Below the pieces are notes generated by a model that ran no database searches, was not told the origin of the DNA, and saw only the letters and a program-made list of their open reading frames with translations. Both the position numbers and the translations under genes were made by a program. A DNA stretch of 64,000 bases from Candidatus Altimarinota bacterium (lineage in GTDB: Bacteria; Patescibacteriota; Gracilibacteria; UBA4473), in contig OZ246423.1 in assembly GCA_965231215.1 (NCBI GenBank), positions 672,001 through 736,000 on the forward strand, written 5' to 3'. Position 1 is the stretch's first letter. Every line of letters begins with the position of its first letter. Below are positions 36,356 through 47,069 of this stretch, piece after piece.

Positions 36356-38173
36356 CTACTTCACCAAAACGGCCTTAATCCTTCTTACCCCTCGGGAGGA
36401 AGATTCTTCTTTTTTGATCTTGAAGGTGCCTTCAATCTCTTTAGTATTTTGAACGTGTGGCCCTCCACAGAGTTCACGCGTCCAGATTTTTCCGGATTCA
36501 TCTTTGAAGGTAAAGACTTTTACGATATCTGGGTATCGATCCCAGAAAGAGGCTTCAATGGTGTCGTCTTGTTGCGCTTGGTCTTTTGGAATTTCTTCGT
36601 AGATCTGTTCTGCATTGGCGGCAATAGCATCGTTAACGTATTGCTCGACCGCTTCTTTTTGTTCTGGGGTCATCTTTTCTTCGTGGGTAAAGTCAAACCG
36701 TAGACGTTCGGCCGTAATATTACTTCCAGCCTGGTGCACATGATTGCCTAGCACCTTGCGAAGCCCCGCCAACATTAGATGAGTAGAGGTATGAAGGCGT
36801 GTTTCTTCTTCAATGTTTTCTCGTGAAAGCCCTCCTTTAAATTTGCCTTCAGCCCCGGTTTTTGAGAGTTCTTGATGAGCTTTTTCAGCCGCTTTGAAAT
36901 CTTCCATGTTTATAGTCATTCCTTTTTCCGCGGCGAGTTCTTCGGTCATTTCTACTGGAAATCCGTAGGTTTGGTAGAGGTTAAAAGCTACTTCGCCAGA
37001 AAGGGTTCCAGACATATTTTCGGTCGCTTTTTGGAACATTTTTTCTCCTTTTTCTAGAGTTTCACGGAACTGTGATTCTTCACGGTTGAGCTCATCAATG
37101 ATAAAAGCCTGATTTTCCTTTAGTTCTGGATAGTGGTGTCCCATTTTTTCAATCACAGTGAGGGCGATAGGCTCACATAAATTTTGATTTATCCCTAGTT
37201 TGCGGCCGTGACGAACCGCTCGACGGATAAGTCTTCGTAAAATATATCCTTGATCTTTGTTTGAGGGCGCCACTTTGTCTCCCAAAATAACACTAGAAGA
37301 TCGCAGGTGATCTGCGATAATTCTTCCTGAATTGTGAATATCGGTCTGCCCAATTGGATCATCAGCAATTTCATTTTTTCCTGAGATTTCAGAAATTTTA
37401 GCCAGGATTGATGCAAACGCGTCTGTTTGATAGACCGAAACTTTTCCATTTAATACGGCGACGGTTCGTTCGAGCCCCATTCCAGTATCTACATTTTGGG
37501 CGGGGAGGTCTTCTAAACTACCATCGGGAAGTTTATTAAACTGCATGAATACATCATTCCAAATTTCTACCCAGCGTGGGTCTTCCCAGGTTTCTTGATA
37601 TGGCAAATCAAGCTCTGGAGCTTCTGGATCTCCGGTCCAGTAAAACATTTCGCTATCCGGTCCGCACGGGCCGGTTTCGCCTTTGGCCCACCAGTTCTCA
37701 TCAGCATCTAGATAGGCAATTTTGTGTTCTGGCATACCGACATTTTTCCAAATGGCGGCCGCTTCTTCGTCTCTAGGGGCGTTTTCGTCCCCTTCAAACA
37801 CACTTACGGCTAATCGGTTTAACGGGAGTTCTAATTCTTTGGTCAAAAATTCAAAACTCCAAGCAATTTGCTCCTCTTTAAAAAAGTCTCCGAGGCTCCA
37901 ATTTCCTAACATTTCAAAAAAGGTAAGGTGTGTGGCATCTCCGACTTCTTCGATATCTCCAGTTCGTACCGATTTTTGACTATTAGCCAAACGAACGCCT
38001 TTTGGATGAGGTTCTCCCATAAGGTACGGTACCAATGGATGCATCCCAGAGTTGATAAAAAGCGCGGTTGGGTCATTTTCTGGCACCACGCCAGCAGAAG
38101 GAATAACAGCGTGATCTTTCAAGGCCCAGAATTCCAGCCATTTTTTTCGGAGAGAGTCGGTAGTGTATTGCAT
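36356..38173 (-). CDS. alaS: alanine--tRNA ligase (605 aa, lacks C-Ala domain)
   Basis: HLTFFEMLGNWS, GPCGP, DTGMGLER, HTSTHL, ELCGGPH. Confidence 0.97.
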   Translation of the reverse strand: MQYTTDSLRKKWLEFWALKDHAVIPSAGVVPENDPTALFINSGMHPLVPYLMGEPHPKGVRLANSQKSVRTGDIEEVGDATHLTFFEMLGNWSLGDFFKEEQIAWSFEFLTKELELPLNRLAVSVFEGDENAPRDEEAAAIWKNVGMPEHKIAYLDADENWWAKGETGPCGPDSEMFYWTGDPEAPELDLPYQETWEDPRWVEIWNDVFMQFNKLPDGSLEDLPAQNVDTGMGLERTVAVLNGKVSVYQTDAFASILAKISEISGKNEIADDPIGQTDIHNSGRIIADHLRSSSVILGDKVAPSNKDQGYILRRLIRRAVRHGRKLGINQNLCEPIALTVIEKMGHHYPELKENQAFIIDELNREESQFRETLEKGEKMFQKATENMSGTLSGEVAFNLYQTYGFPVEMTEELAAEKGMTINMEDFKAAEKAHQELSKTGAEGKFKGGLSRENIEEETRLHTSTHLMLAGLRKVLGNHVHQAGSNITAERLRFDFTHEEKMTPEQKEAVEQYVNDAIAANAEQIYEEIPKDQAQQDDTIEASFWDRYPDIVKVFTFKDESGKIWTRELCGGPHVQNTKEIEGTFKIKKEESSSRGVRRIKAVLVK

Positions 38174-38239
38174 GTTGAATGATTTAAAGAAAAGACCACC
38201 TGTGTGAGATAGCCTTCAGCGTTAAGTAATAGGAGAAGA

Positions 38240-38722
38240 CTATTTATAAAAAACTCGCACCGCTCGCGCTTTGCCTTCGCCAACGGAATCAGATTGAAGT
38301 TCCGGAAAGTTGTTGAGCACCCACATATGGACAATTCTTCGAAAATAAGGGCTCATTGGCGGGAGTTTAATTTCGGCCAAATTTCGATCCTTCATCATGT
38401 CGATAAATTTTTCAGCTTTTTGGATAACTCGTTCTTCTTGGGTTTTTCGGTAATGGTCTACATCTACAGAGACAAACAAGTTCTCTTTGTTTTGGGCAAA
38501 GAGCATATTTTTAAGGAGGGTCTGAATCGCACTGAGGGTTTCTCCATTTTTTCCAATAAGCCGGGCTGGAGTAGGGCATTCAATATTGGCGCGGTAGTGC
38601 CCATTGTCCTCAGTAACAGTGACACAGTCATACTCTGTTCCAAATTTATCCAAAAGGAGCTTAAGGGCTTTCTGTATAATCGTTTCCATCAGTTGTTTCT
38701 TATGCGGGATAAACGTAGCCAT
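38240..38722 (-). CDS. Jag/KhpB-like KH-R3H RNA-binding protein
   Basis: LIGKNGETL.AIQ; LPPM...RRIVH; S.GEG..R.V. Confidence 0.88.
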   Translation of the reverse strand: MATFIPHKKQLMETIIQKALKLLLDKFGTEYDCVTVTEDNGHYRANIECPTPARLIGKNGETLSAIQTLLKNMLFAQNKENLFVSVDVDHYRKTQEERVIQKAEKFIDMMKDRNLAEIKLPPMSPYFRRIVHMWVLNNFPELQSDSVGEGKARAVRVFYK

Positions 38723-38822
38723 TTATTTATAGGGAATCGTAAAAAATTGTCAAAAATACTGAAGTGAAGTTTGTATGAAAACATACAGGTGCAAATAATT
38801 TTTCAATTTAAATAATGCCTGT

Positions 38823-39902
38823 ATGGAAAAATTAGGTTTTGTTTTAGCTATTCACCGGGGGTTAAATTTAACCCATGCACGATATGAAAAATTAAAATTA
38901 TTTTTTGATGGTGATTGGGAAAAAGCCTTTTCGGCTCCCCTTTCTGATTGGCATAAGGCCGGGATAGACCCAAAAGGCATTGAAAAATTTTTTAGTACCA
39001 GCCCAAAACTTGATCCGCAAAAAGAGTTAGATTTAGTCCAAAAGTGTGGAGCCACTGTCCTTTTATACGACGACGAAAACTATCCACTGCCCCTCAAAAA
39101 TATTTCCCAGCCCCCAGCGCTACTTTTAGTAAGGGGCAAAATAGTGTGGGATGATTTTCCTTGTTTGGCGGTAGTCGGCTCGAGAAAGATAAGTGCTTAT
39201 GGCCGTCAAGTCTTGGGGCATTTGCTTACACCCATCACCGAAAGTGGTACCACCATAGTCTCGGGTTTGGCGTTAGGCACCGACAGCGAGGGACATCGGT
39301 TTGCCCTGGGAAAGGGTGTCAGAACTTTAGCCGTTTTAGGGAATGGAATAGATCATATTTACCCAGCAGCCAATAGAGCCTTGGGGGAGAAAATTATAAA
39401 CCAAGGCGCTATTATTTCTGAGTATTTGCCAGGCATTGAAGCTATTCCAGAATACTTTCCTCATAGAAACAGAATTGTGGCGGGTCTATCGAAGGGAACG
39501 CTGGTCATAGAAGGGGCAAAAAAATCGGGAAGCCTCATTACAGCACATCTAGCCAATGATTTTGGAAGGGAGGTTTTCGCCGTTCCGGGAAGTCTATTTT
39601 CAACGACCTCTGGCGGCACAAACGAACTTATAGAACAAGGCGTGGCGCATCCAGCGTTAAGTGGAGAACAAATCCTTGAGTTGTGTGGAATAGAAAAAAC
39701 GCCCATGACACAAAAGGTTGAGCCTACGGAGCTAGAGCTAAAAATACTGAATTGTTTTGCTACTCCAGACCCCATTCATATCGATGATTTGGTAAGAAAT
39801 AGTGAATTTAGCTTACCCGTATTTAGCTCCCATTTAATGCTATTGGAAGTAAAGGGATGGATTCGCAACCTGGGAGGTCAAATGTATGTGAAAAATGTCT
39901 AA
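38823..39902 (+). CDS. dprA: DNA-processing protein DprA
   Basis: AVVGSR, IVSGLA.G.D, FP.RNRIVAGLS, SGSLITA, VFAVPG. Confidence 0.96.
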   Translation: MEKLGFVLAIHRGLNLTHARYEKLKLFFDGDWEKAFSAPLSDWHKAGIDPKGIEKFFSTSPKLDPQKELDLVQKCGATVLLYDDENYPLPLKNISQPPALLLVRGKIVWDDFPCLAVVGSRKISAYGRQVLGHLLTPITESGTTIVSGLALGTDSEGHRFALGKGVRTLAVLGNGIDHIYPAANRALGEKIINQGAIISEYLPGIEAIPEYFPHRNRIVAGLSKGTLVIEGAKKSGSLITAHLANDFGREVFAVPGSLFSTTSGGTNELIEQGVAHPALSGEQILELCGIEKTPMTQKVEPTELELKILNCFATPDPIHIDDLVRNSEFSLPVFSSHLMLLEVKGWIRNLGGQMYVKNV

Positions 39903-39944
39903 ACATTAATTGACTTTTTTGTCAAAAAAAAGATAAATAACTGG

Positions 39945-41534
39945 ATGCAATCTCTTTTTGAGGCACCGACCTTTAAGGATTTTGGAAACCTAGACCTGAG
40001 AATTCATTGGGCAACGGTTCAGAGTTTGGAAAAAGATTGTTTGAGAATATTACAATCCGATAGTAGGTTTAAGGAGGGTTCTGCTAACGAAAGGAGAAGG
40101 CTTATATGGTTTTATTGGCAAAACTATTTACGAGAGCGTGAGGAATTTAATAATTGTTCATGGGAAACAGTTACCATTGAGGAGTGTATGGGCTCCCCAA
40201 TAAACAATACTGTAGATGATACTCGGTCCTCAGTAGAAGATTTTGTAGTCTATTTTAAAGATCAACTAAAGACATTTGGAACTATAAGCCATAAGGATCA
40301 GATTGATTTATTTTCAGTAGATTTTGATCTTCGTTTTTTTAGAGATTTTGAAGGACTTCTGCCCAAAACGCGTAAACAGTTTTTAGCTTTAAAACTAGCG
40401 ATTCAGTCTCCTAAAAAAAGTCTAGAAACTTCAGAAGATTTCAAAGATTTGGTCAAAAAGCCTGATAAAACCGCTAACGATCTTAGATTGATCCAAGAGA
40501 ATATAGATTACTACTGGGAAGATATTTCTTATGATGAACTCAAAACAATTTATAGAAAATGCCGAGGAAATGAAGAAGTTGAAGTAGATCTAAAAATCTC
40601 ACGCCAATTAGATGAAACTTTATGGTTTGCTGAATCCATGAATCTCGAAAAAGAACATACAGAAATTTTTTTAGCGGTAGCCTTTAGGCTGGAAAGACTG
40701 TATAGAGGCCAGATTCGCCGATCCGAGTTTAGTCGGTATGCCTTTGGTTCCAATAATCCTAAAGAGGCCCATTTTAACCATTTTTTAAGAGGCATTGATC
40801 TAACTTTAGGGATGGCTGATAGTGTCATGTTAAACCCTCAAAAAAAGTCGTCTAAAATTTCAGAACAAATTAAGGGGTTTGTTAAAGACTCGGTTTCCAT
40901 TTTAGAGTTAATGCTAACGACGCTCATACATGACAGCTTAGAAGACAAATTAAAAACACTAGAAGGGAAAGATTTTGATAAGCAACAGCTAGCCTCCCTT
41001 TTAGAAAACTCTGGAGTCCCTTCAGACATGGTAGATCGGTTAAGCAAGAGAGCTCTCGTTTTAAATTCTAAAGCCCCATTGCCCTCAGAAAAGGAGAAAT
41101 CCCTCTCTTATGCACAATACATTAAACGATTACAGCAGCAGGAAGATCCTTTGCTGAATTTTGTAAAAATTATTGGAGATATTTCTCAAAATGCTTGTTC
41201 CCCTCATAGAATGCCTTTTAATCCCGAAGACTGGACTCAATTTACCTCTAAATATAGAGCTAAATTCCTGGCTACAGATAGCTTTATAGAAGCGTATGTA
41301 ACGTCTGAAATTTTTATGTTTTTTCCGTCTGAAATTTTGAACCGAATGAGGAATAATCGCCAACTGGGAGATGGTATATTCCCTCAATTTGAAAGGCTAT
41401 TTAAGCAAATAGATCAGGAGCTCGAATCCGAGTTAAAAAAAGCCTCAAGCTTTACAAGAAAAAGAGTTGGAGAGATGATCGGAAATGGAAATACATTTTT
41501 TGAAGAACCGGTTACGGCGACACAAACTGTTTAA
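39945..41534 (+). CDS. protein with RelA/SpoT-type HD hydrolase-like domain
   Basis: GQIRRS...H, LIHDSLED, Y..YI.RL, VK..D...N pattern. Confidence 0.6.
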   Translation: MQSLFEAPTFKDFGNLDLRIHWATVQSLEKDCLRILQSDSRFKEGSANERRRLIWFYWQNYLREREEFNNCSWETVTIEECMGSPINNTVDDTRSSVEDFVVYFKDQLKTFGTISHKDQIDLFSVDFDLRFFRDFEGLLPKTRKQFLALKLAIQSPKKSLETSEDFKDLVKKPDKTANDLRLIQENIDYYWEDISYDELKTIYRKCRGNEEVEVDLKISRQLDETLWFAESMNLEKEHTEIFLAVAFRLERLYRGQIRRSEFSRYAFGSNNPKEAHFNHFLRGIDLTLGMADSVMLNPQKKSSKISEQIKGFVKDSVSILELMLTTLIHDSLEDKLKTLEGKDFDKQQLASLLENSGVPSDMVDRLSKRALVLNSKAPLPSEKEKSLSYAQYIKRLQQQEDPLLNFVKIIGDISQNACSPHRMPFNPEDWTQFTSKYRAKFLATDSFIEAYVTSEIFMFFPSEILNRMRNNRQLGDGIFPQFERLFKQIDQELESELKKASSFTRKRVGEMIGNGNTFFEEPVTATQTV

Positions 41535-42897
41535 GTTTCCCCATCAGCCTATTTTTCTTTTCTTCCAAACTATCCTCACTATTGGCTTCAATCCGGACAG
41601 CAATTTTGGGGGAAGTATTAGAGGCACGGATGATGGCCCATTCTCCATGGCCAAAATTGAGGCGGATTCCATCTAAGGTACTAGCATCTGGGAATTCTTT
41701 TTTGAGTTCAGTGGTTACCTCTTCAATCACGTCAAACTTAGATTCGTCAGGCACCGTTATTCGTTCTGAAACTTCTAACATATTTGGCCACAGAGTGGTC
41801 ACTTCTTCAATCAATTTGGGATTGGTTTGGATGGCCTGGATAAATCGAAGTGAGGCGAGCATCGCATCATCATGTCCATAAAAGTTTTCTCCAAACATAA
41901 AGTGCCCAGATTGCTCTCCTCCCAAGAGGGCCTGATTGTCTACCATGGCATGTTCAATGTGAGAGTGTCCCGTTTGGGAGAGTATTACTTGGGCTCCTTT
42001 TTCAGATAGTTTATTGATGAGTGTTTGAGAACTCATAGCATCTACTACAATTGGAGCCTTTGGATTTCGGGTTAAAAAATCACAGGCCAATACATACAGA
42101 ATTTTATCGGCACTCAGAGCGGTTTTATCTTGTAAGATTATTCCAACCCGGTCTCCATCTCCATCATATACAAAGGCTAAATCAGCTCCAACGTCGCCTA
42201 TCTTTTCTTGAGCATATACTAGGTTCTCAGGTCTTTCAGGGTCTGGTTGATGGTTGGGGAAGGTCGTATTGAGATCACAAAAAATCTCATGAGTTTCGTG
42301 TCCAAAGGCCTGGAAAAAGTTTGGATAAAAGAGTCCTGGAATAGCATTGCCAGCATCTATTAAGACCTTTATAGGGGATTGATCTGGAGTGATATTTTTT
42401 ATCTTTTTGAGATAAGCTTCTCGTATATCTATGTTTTCACAGGCTGCCGCCTCTTCTCCCCAAATATTACCATCTCGACAGCTTTGGCACTGAGCTAAAG
42501 CTTTTAATTTTTGAATTTCCTCCCCACTTACGGCTCCTGATTTATCGGTGAGTTTTAGGCCATTATCTTGAGCTGGGTTATGTGAAGCTGATATCTGCAT
42601 TGCTCCATCAAAATCACCGTGATGAAAGGCAAAATAATTCATGGGAGTGGGGATGGTATCGCCCCAACAGACTTCTGCGCCGCCGCCTTTTAATCCAGAA
42701 ATAAGAGCGGGAAAAAGCTCTGGCATAGACTGCCGTCCATCTCCAGAAACAAAGATCTTAGGAGATTGAAGTTTGAATTTTTCTCTTAAATACTGGGCAA
42801 AAGCTTGCCCCAAAATAAAAAATCCATCTTCATCAAAATCTACAAAAGCTTCGCCCCGAATATCATAGGCGCGAAAAATTTTATCTTTTAAAATCAT
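41512..42897 (-). CDS. phosphomannomutase/phosphoglucomutase
   Basis: FRAYDIRG, SASHNP, DGDGDR, GEQSGH, RASNT. Confidence 0.95.
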   Translation of the reverse strand: MILKDKIFRAYDIRGEAFVDFDEDGFFILGQAFAQYLREKFKLQSPKIFVSGDGRQSMPELFPALISGLKGGGAEVCWGDTIPTPMNYFAFHHGDFDGAMQISASHNPAQDNGLKLTDKSGAVSGEEIQKLKALAQCQSCRDGNIWGEEAAACENIDIREAYLKKIKNITPDQSPIKVLIDAGNAIPGLFYPNFFQAFGHETHEIFCDLNTTFPNHQPDPERPENLVYAQEKIGDVGADLAFVYDGDGDRVGIILQDKTALSADKILYVLACDFLTRNPKAPIVVDAMSSQTLINKLSEKGAQVILSQTGHSHIEHAMVDNQALLGGEQSGHFMFGENFYGHDDAMLASLRFIQAIQTNPKLIEEVTTLWPNMLEVSERITVPDESKFDVIEEVTTELKKEFPDASTLDGIRLNFGHGEWAIIRASNTSPKIAVRIEANSEDSLEEKKNRLMGKLKQFVSP

Positions 42898-42942
42898 TTA
42901 AGGGGTTTGTAAGTATACCTTAATTATGCCAAAATTTAGACA

Positions 42943-44529
42943 ATGAAGCGACACAAAAAATTCAAACTAAGGTTGTCCAAACTACGATTAGTTTTGATTG
43001 TACTGTTTGTGTTTTTCCTTTTTTCAATTTGGCCAGTGAGGTTTTTATTAAATCCTGGTAATTGGTGGGGCCATACTTTAATCCTCTTTATGAATGAAAA
43101 TGAGGCTCGACCTTGTGGAGGATTTGTAACGGCTTTTGGGGTTTTGAGAATGCCGGCCTTTAACCTGGAATTGAAAAATGCGTATCACTTTTTAGAACTG
43201 GATTTAGGAAACGCCCCTGAACCTTTGGACAGGGTGTCTTCGCGTAAAAAATTTTGGGATGTTGGAACCAATGTGGATTTAGACCAATGTGCTCAGGATT
43301 TTAAAAAGGCTTATGAAGTTGGAGTAGATGAAAAAATTTCACAAGTAATACTTTTGAATTTTTCAGTGATTGAGTCTTTATTAGAGGTCGTTGGGGCGGT
43401 TAAATTTGAAGAACAGCATATCACCTCCAGAAATGTATTTAGTGTCCTTTCTAGATCAGTGGCTGATATTGATAGACATGATGAGGCGACACTCGAAAAC
43501 AGAAAAAAACCGCTAGTAAGCGTTGGGAAGCAGCTTATTAAAAAGTCGATATTCCAGCCGTGGAAATGGCCACGCTTAACCCGAACTTTTAGAAATCACT
43601 TGCAAACTCAAAATATATATTGGCTGGGTTTAAATGCCAAACATCCGGTAAAGCCAACAGATTTAGTGCTAGCTGAGTGGAACCTTGGCGGAGGGAAAAG
43701 CTCGCGTTATTTGCGAAAAAATTTAGTCATAGACATTAGGGAATCGATTCCAAATAAATGGACCCTAAAGGTGACTTTAGAGGTGGCTCATTTAGGAGGT
43801 TTTGATGAACCATTATCACAACACTGGAAAGGCGTGTTTGAAGTTCAGCCGCCGCATTTTGTTCTGGATGCTGTGCCTATTTTTATACAAGCTGAAATAG
43901 CTCCAGGGGAGAGTTTTAGCCGAACTCTCACCTTTGATATAAAGCCGACAGGCATGGGGTTGTCAGCATCTAAAGGCCTAAGTGAAGGCTTAGGCATTTA
44001 TACGCCTCCTTCACAAAATTGGCATCTAGATATGAGCGTTTCAGCGTTCCCTCAAAAGACGCTTGAGCGTAGCAATCTAAACCTGCATGAAAATTTAGGG
44101 ACCTGGAGAGGGGAACTTTATGGAGCCAAAAAGGTTTTTAGCTGGGTAACTAGAGCGGATAGAAACCCGCCCTTTTTGACATTACATCAGCCCATAGATG
44201 GGACTATTTTGGATTCGGCAATTCAGTCAGAACTCAACTTTGAGGAAGGGGATTTAGTGGTGGAATTGCATTTTAATGAGCCGGTAAAACGAGGGAAAAA
44301 CAAGGGCGGGAAAATCTTTTTAGAAGATCGAAATTATGCGGTTAAAGATATAGATGAAGATCCCATGTGGAAAGGGATGAAGTTGCTGGATAACCAAACC
44401 ACTCTGCTTTTAAATTTTGCACAAAACCAATACCAAAAAGACGAAAGATTTAATCTTAAAATCTTTGATATTGAAGATCTCTGGGGTAATCGGACTGATA
44501 TTGATAAAAGGACAGTAATTACGCGATAA
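42943..44529 (+). CDS. DUF4012-like membrane-anchored protein
   Basis: N-terminal TM, LILF.N..E.RP.GGF motif, GGGKS. Confidence 0.7.
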   Translation: MKRHKKFKLRLSKLRLVLIVLFVFFLFSIWPVRFLLNPGNWWGHTLILFMNENEARPCGGFVTAFGVLRMPAFNLELKNAYHFLELDLGNAPEPLDRVSSRKKFWDVGTNVDLDQCAQDFKKAYEVGVDEKISQVILLNFSVIESLLEVVGAVKFEEQHITSRNVFSVLSRSVADIDRHDEATLENRKKPLVSVGKQLIKKSIFQPWKWPRLTRTFRNHLQTQNIYWLGLNAKHPVKPTDLVLAEWNLGGGKSSRYLRKNLVIDIRESIPNKWTLKVTLEVAHLGGFDEPLSQHWKGVFEVQPPHFVLDAVPIFIQAEIAPGESFSRTLTFDIKPTGMGLSASKGLSEGLGIYTPPSQNWHLDMSVSAFPQKTLERSNLNLHENLGTWRGELYGAKKVFSWVTRADRNPPFLTLHQPIDGTILDSAIQSELNFEEGDLVVELHFNEPVKRGKNKGGKIFLEDRNYAVKDIDEDPMWKGMKLLDNQTTLLLNFAQNQYQKDERFNLKIFDIEDLWGNRTDIDKRTVITR

Positions 44530-46023
44530 TTATTCTTTCGGATCAGTAAAAATCTCACATTCTTTGCAGAATTGCCGAGAAATTTGATTAAAGTCTTTAG
44601 ATTTAACGAATCGTTTATCGGTGGTGAGTTCAAAGATGTCTCCCGGAGCTGGAATATAAACCCCTGCCTCCGTATCAAGGTTGTCGAGTTCTCTGATTTT
44701 TGAAGCGAGGGTCATTTGCTGGCTTTGCTCTCCATGTACGAGGAATACGTCCCGGAGCTTTCCGGCTTCATGAGCGAATTTGATGAGCCCTTTTTGGTCA
44801 GCGTGACCAGAAAAAGCATTATAAATTTCTACTAAACAGTTTACCTCATGTGGTTCGCCAAAGATATTTACTGGGGTTTCCCCTTCTACCAATTTTCGGC
44901 CTAAGGTATTTTGAGCTTGGAATCCAACGATAAGAACCAAATTATCTTCATTGGGTACATGGTTGGCTAGGTGGTGTCGAATACGCCCAAATTCACACAT
45001 GCCACTCGCGGAAATTATCACACAACATCCAGGGAAATTATTGAGGGCTTTAGATTCTTCGACACTGTGAGTAAATTGAACCCCATTGCAGTCACAAAAA
45101 GGATCAATCCCTTTATTCATGAGTTCTACCATTTCTTGATCGTAGCACTCTGGATGGAGTTGGAAGACTTCACTTGTCTTTTGCGCTAAAGGGGAATCTA
45201 CAAAAATAGGAATCGCGGGGATTTTATCCTCATCAATGAGTTTTTTGAGCATATACAAAATCTCCTGAGTTCGCCCCATAGCAAAGGCCGGAATAATAAT
45301 TTTCCCAGCTCGAGCCTGAGCCTTCCTAATAGCGGCAGCAAATTTTTCTTCTACATCTGCAATTTCATCGTGTAATCGATCTCCGTAAGTAGACTCTGTA
45401 AGTAAGAAGTCTAGGTTTTTAAGCTGTACTGGATCTTTAAGTACGGGAAGATCTTTTCTTCCCAGGTCACCTGTAAACCCAAATCGAACATTTTGTGCCG
45501 TATCGTGGTCAAAAATTTCCCATTCTTCTACCGCAGATCCGAGGATGTGCCCAGCATCATGGAACGTCACAAAGACCCCATCGGCAATTCGAATTTTATG
45601 GTCATAAGCGACGGATCTGAACTGAGCAATAGATTTTTCAGCATCAGCAATGGTGTAGAGGGGTTTGGCGTTTGGGTCTTTTCCCTTTTTTTTGATCCAT
45701 TCAGCATCCCGTTCTTGAATATAAGCAGAATCTCTCAGCATTACGGCGCAGAGGTCACGGGTTGCGTGGGTACAATAGATGGGCCCCGTGAATCCATTCT
45801 TTACTAAAAGAGGGATAGCTCCACTGTGATCAATATGGGCATGAGAGAGTACCAGGTAGTCAATCTCATCGGCCTGGAAAGGGAAAAGAGCATTCCATTT
45901 GGCCGCTTGTTTTCTGCGTCCTTGAAAAAGTCCACAGTCTAAAAGTATTTTTTTTCCGTTAACGTGGAGGAGGTGTTTTGATCCAGTAACATTTCTGGCC
46001 GCACCCGAGAATTCAATTTTCAT
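44530..46023 (-). CDS. MBL-fold beta-CASP ribonuclease
   Basis: GAA..VTGS, SHAHIDHSG, AGHILGS, ESTYG, FSGHAD. Confidence 0.93.
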   Translation of the reverse strand: MKIEFSGAARNVTGSKHLLHVNGKKILLDCGLFQGRRKQAAKWNALFPFQADEIDYLVLSHAHIDHSGAIPLLVKNGFTGPIYCTHATRDLCAVMLRDSAYIQERDAEWIKKKGKDPNAKPLYTIADAEKSIAQFRSVAYDHKIRIADGVFVTFHDAGHILGSAVEEWEIFDHDTAQNVRFGFTGDLGRKDLPVLKDPVQLKNLDFLLTESTYGDRLHDEIADVEEKFAAAIRKAQARAGKIIIPAFAMGRTQEILYMLKKLIDEDKIPAIPIFVDSPLAQKTSEVFQLHPECYDQEMVELMNKGIDPFCDCNGVQFTHSVEESKALNNFPGCCVIISASGMCEFGRIRHHLANHVPNEDNLVLIVGFQAQNTLGRKLVEGETPVNIFGEPHEVNCLVEIYNAFSGHADQKGLIKFAHEAGKLRDVFLVHGEQSQQMTLASKIRELDNLDTEAGVYIPAPGDIFELTTDKRFVKSKDFNQISRQFCKECEIFTDPKE

Positions 46024-46133
46024 GTTTATTTGTTTCGGTTAATTATACTTGAAAATACAACTTTTTTCAAAGGGCTTTGTTATTTTTCATAATTTATTTG
46101 GAGACTATAGAAATATGAAGAAAATATGAACCA

Positions 46134-47069
46134 ATGGAACCTTCAACATTAGATTATTGCCCTCAGGGGTTGGATCCAAGTCTTTTGGAAGACGGACCAG
46201 GAGAAAAAGAAGAGGCCTTGGGGAATTCCATAAGAGCTTTAACTTGGAATGCTTGTGGAGGGCTTCTGAACGGACGTGAGATTCATGTTTCGGTGCCTTT
46301 TGCGTTAGCCTCTGGGCTCGGGCGCCCTTCCCAACTTTTGGAGGGTTTTGAGCTAACAGATGGAATGCCGGAGATAGCGGAGGAAGTTTTTAGAGTGCGT
46401 GCTAAGGCCGTTGAGGTTATTGCCTTCCAAGAAGTAATCCCAGAGAGACACCGAAATATTTTGACTGATATAAGCAGCGAAAATTTTCCTTATAGTAGCT
46501 TTTCTCCTGCTTGTAAATCTTCTGGAAGGGGGGCTGCTGGGGTTTTTCTAACGACGAAAGCCCCAAGCGAAGATATAGAAATGAATGACGTTCCTTATTT
46601 TTCTGGCGTAGTAGGAAGACATATTGAATCTAAAAATTTAAGCGTTTTTAACGCGCATTTCCCACTGGCATTTATCCGAAAAACAAAAGTTTCAGAGGCT
46701 TGGAAGTGTATGATTCGCCTTATCGAAAGAGAGCATAAAAAAGGAAGGGATGTGCTGGTTTTGGGGGATTTTAATGAAACGCTTACGCGGATTCATCAGT
46801 TTTTGAGAAAGGTAGAAAGTGGAGTAGGTTCACCTCATGGACATTCAGGACACCAGGCTTTTCAGATTTATTTAGGGAAGAGAAAAATACCTGATTGGAT
46901 AATGGCCATGTGTACGCGATTAGATCTTGATAATGGACTTTTTTTCCCTCACCCAGAGCATACAGGGAGTGTACGCTTAGATAAAGCTGAAGTTCACCCA
47001 ACTCCAGCTACCTCTGATCATCTACCCTTGGAAGTGTGGTTTACTTGGAAAAGCAACCGGGCAGCTTAA
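46134..47069 (+). CDS. endonuclease/exonuclease/phosphatase family protein
   Basis: TWN, FQE, N.H, GDFN, LD, SDHLP motifs. Confidence 0.85.
   Translation: MEPSTLDYCPQGLDPSLLEDGPGEKEEALGNSIRALTWNACGGLLNGREIHVSVPFALASGLGRPSQLLEGFELTDGMPEIAEEVFRVRAKAVEVIAFQEVIPERHRNILTDISSENFPYSSFSPACKSSGRGAAGVFLTTKAPSEDIEMNDVPYFSGVVGRHIESKNLSVFNAHFPLAFIRKTKVSEAWKCMIRLIEREHKKGRDVLVLGDFNETLTRIHQFLRKVESGVGSPHGHSGHQAFQIYLGKRKIPDWIMAMCTRLDLDNGLFFPHPEHTGSVRLDKAEVHPTPATSDHLPLEVWFTWKSNRAA

Noticed and set aside
36275-36703. 142-aa plus-strand ORF and the many other short ORFs antisense to or inside housekeeping genes
   Set aside because: Shadow frames of well-supported genes with no independent motifs.
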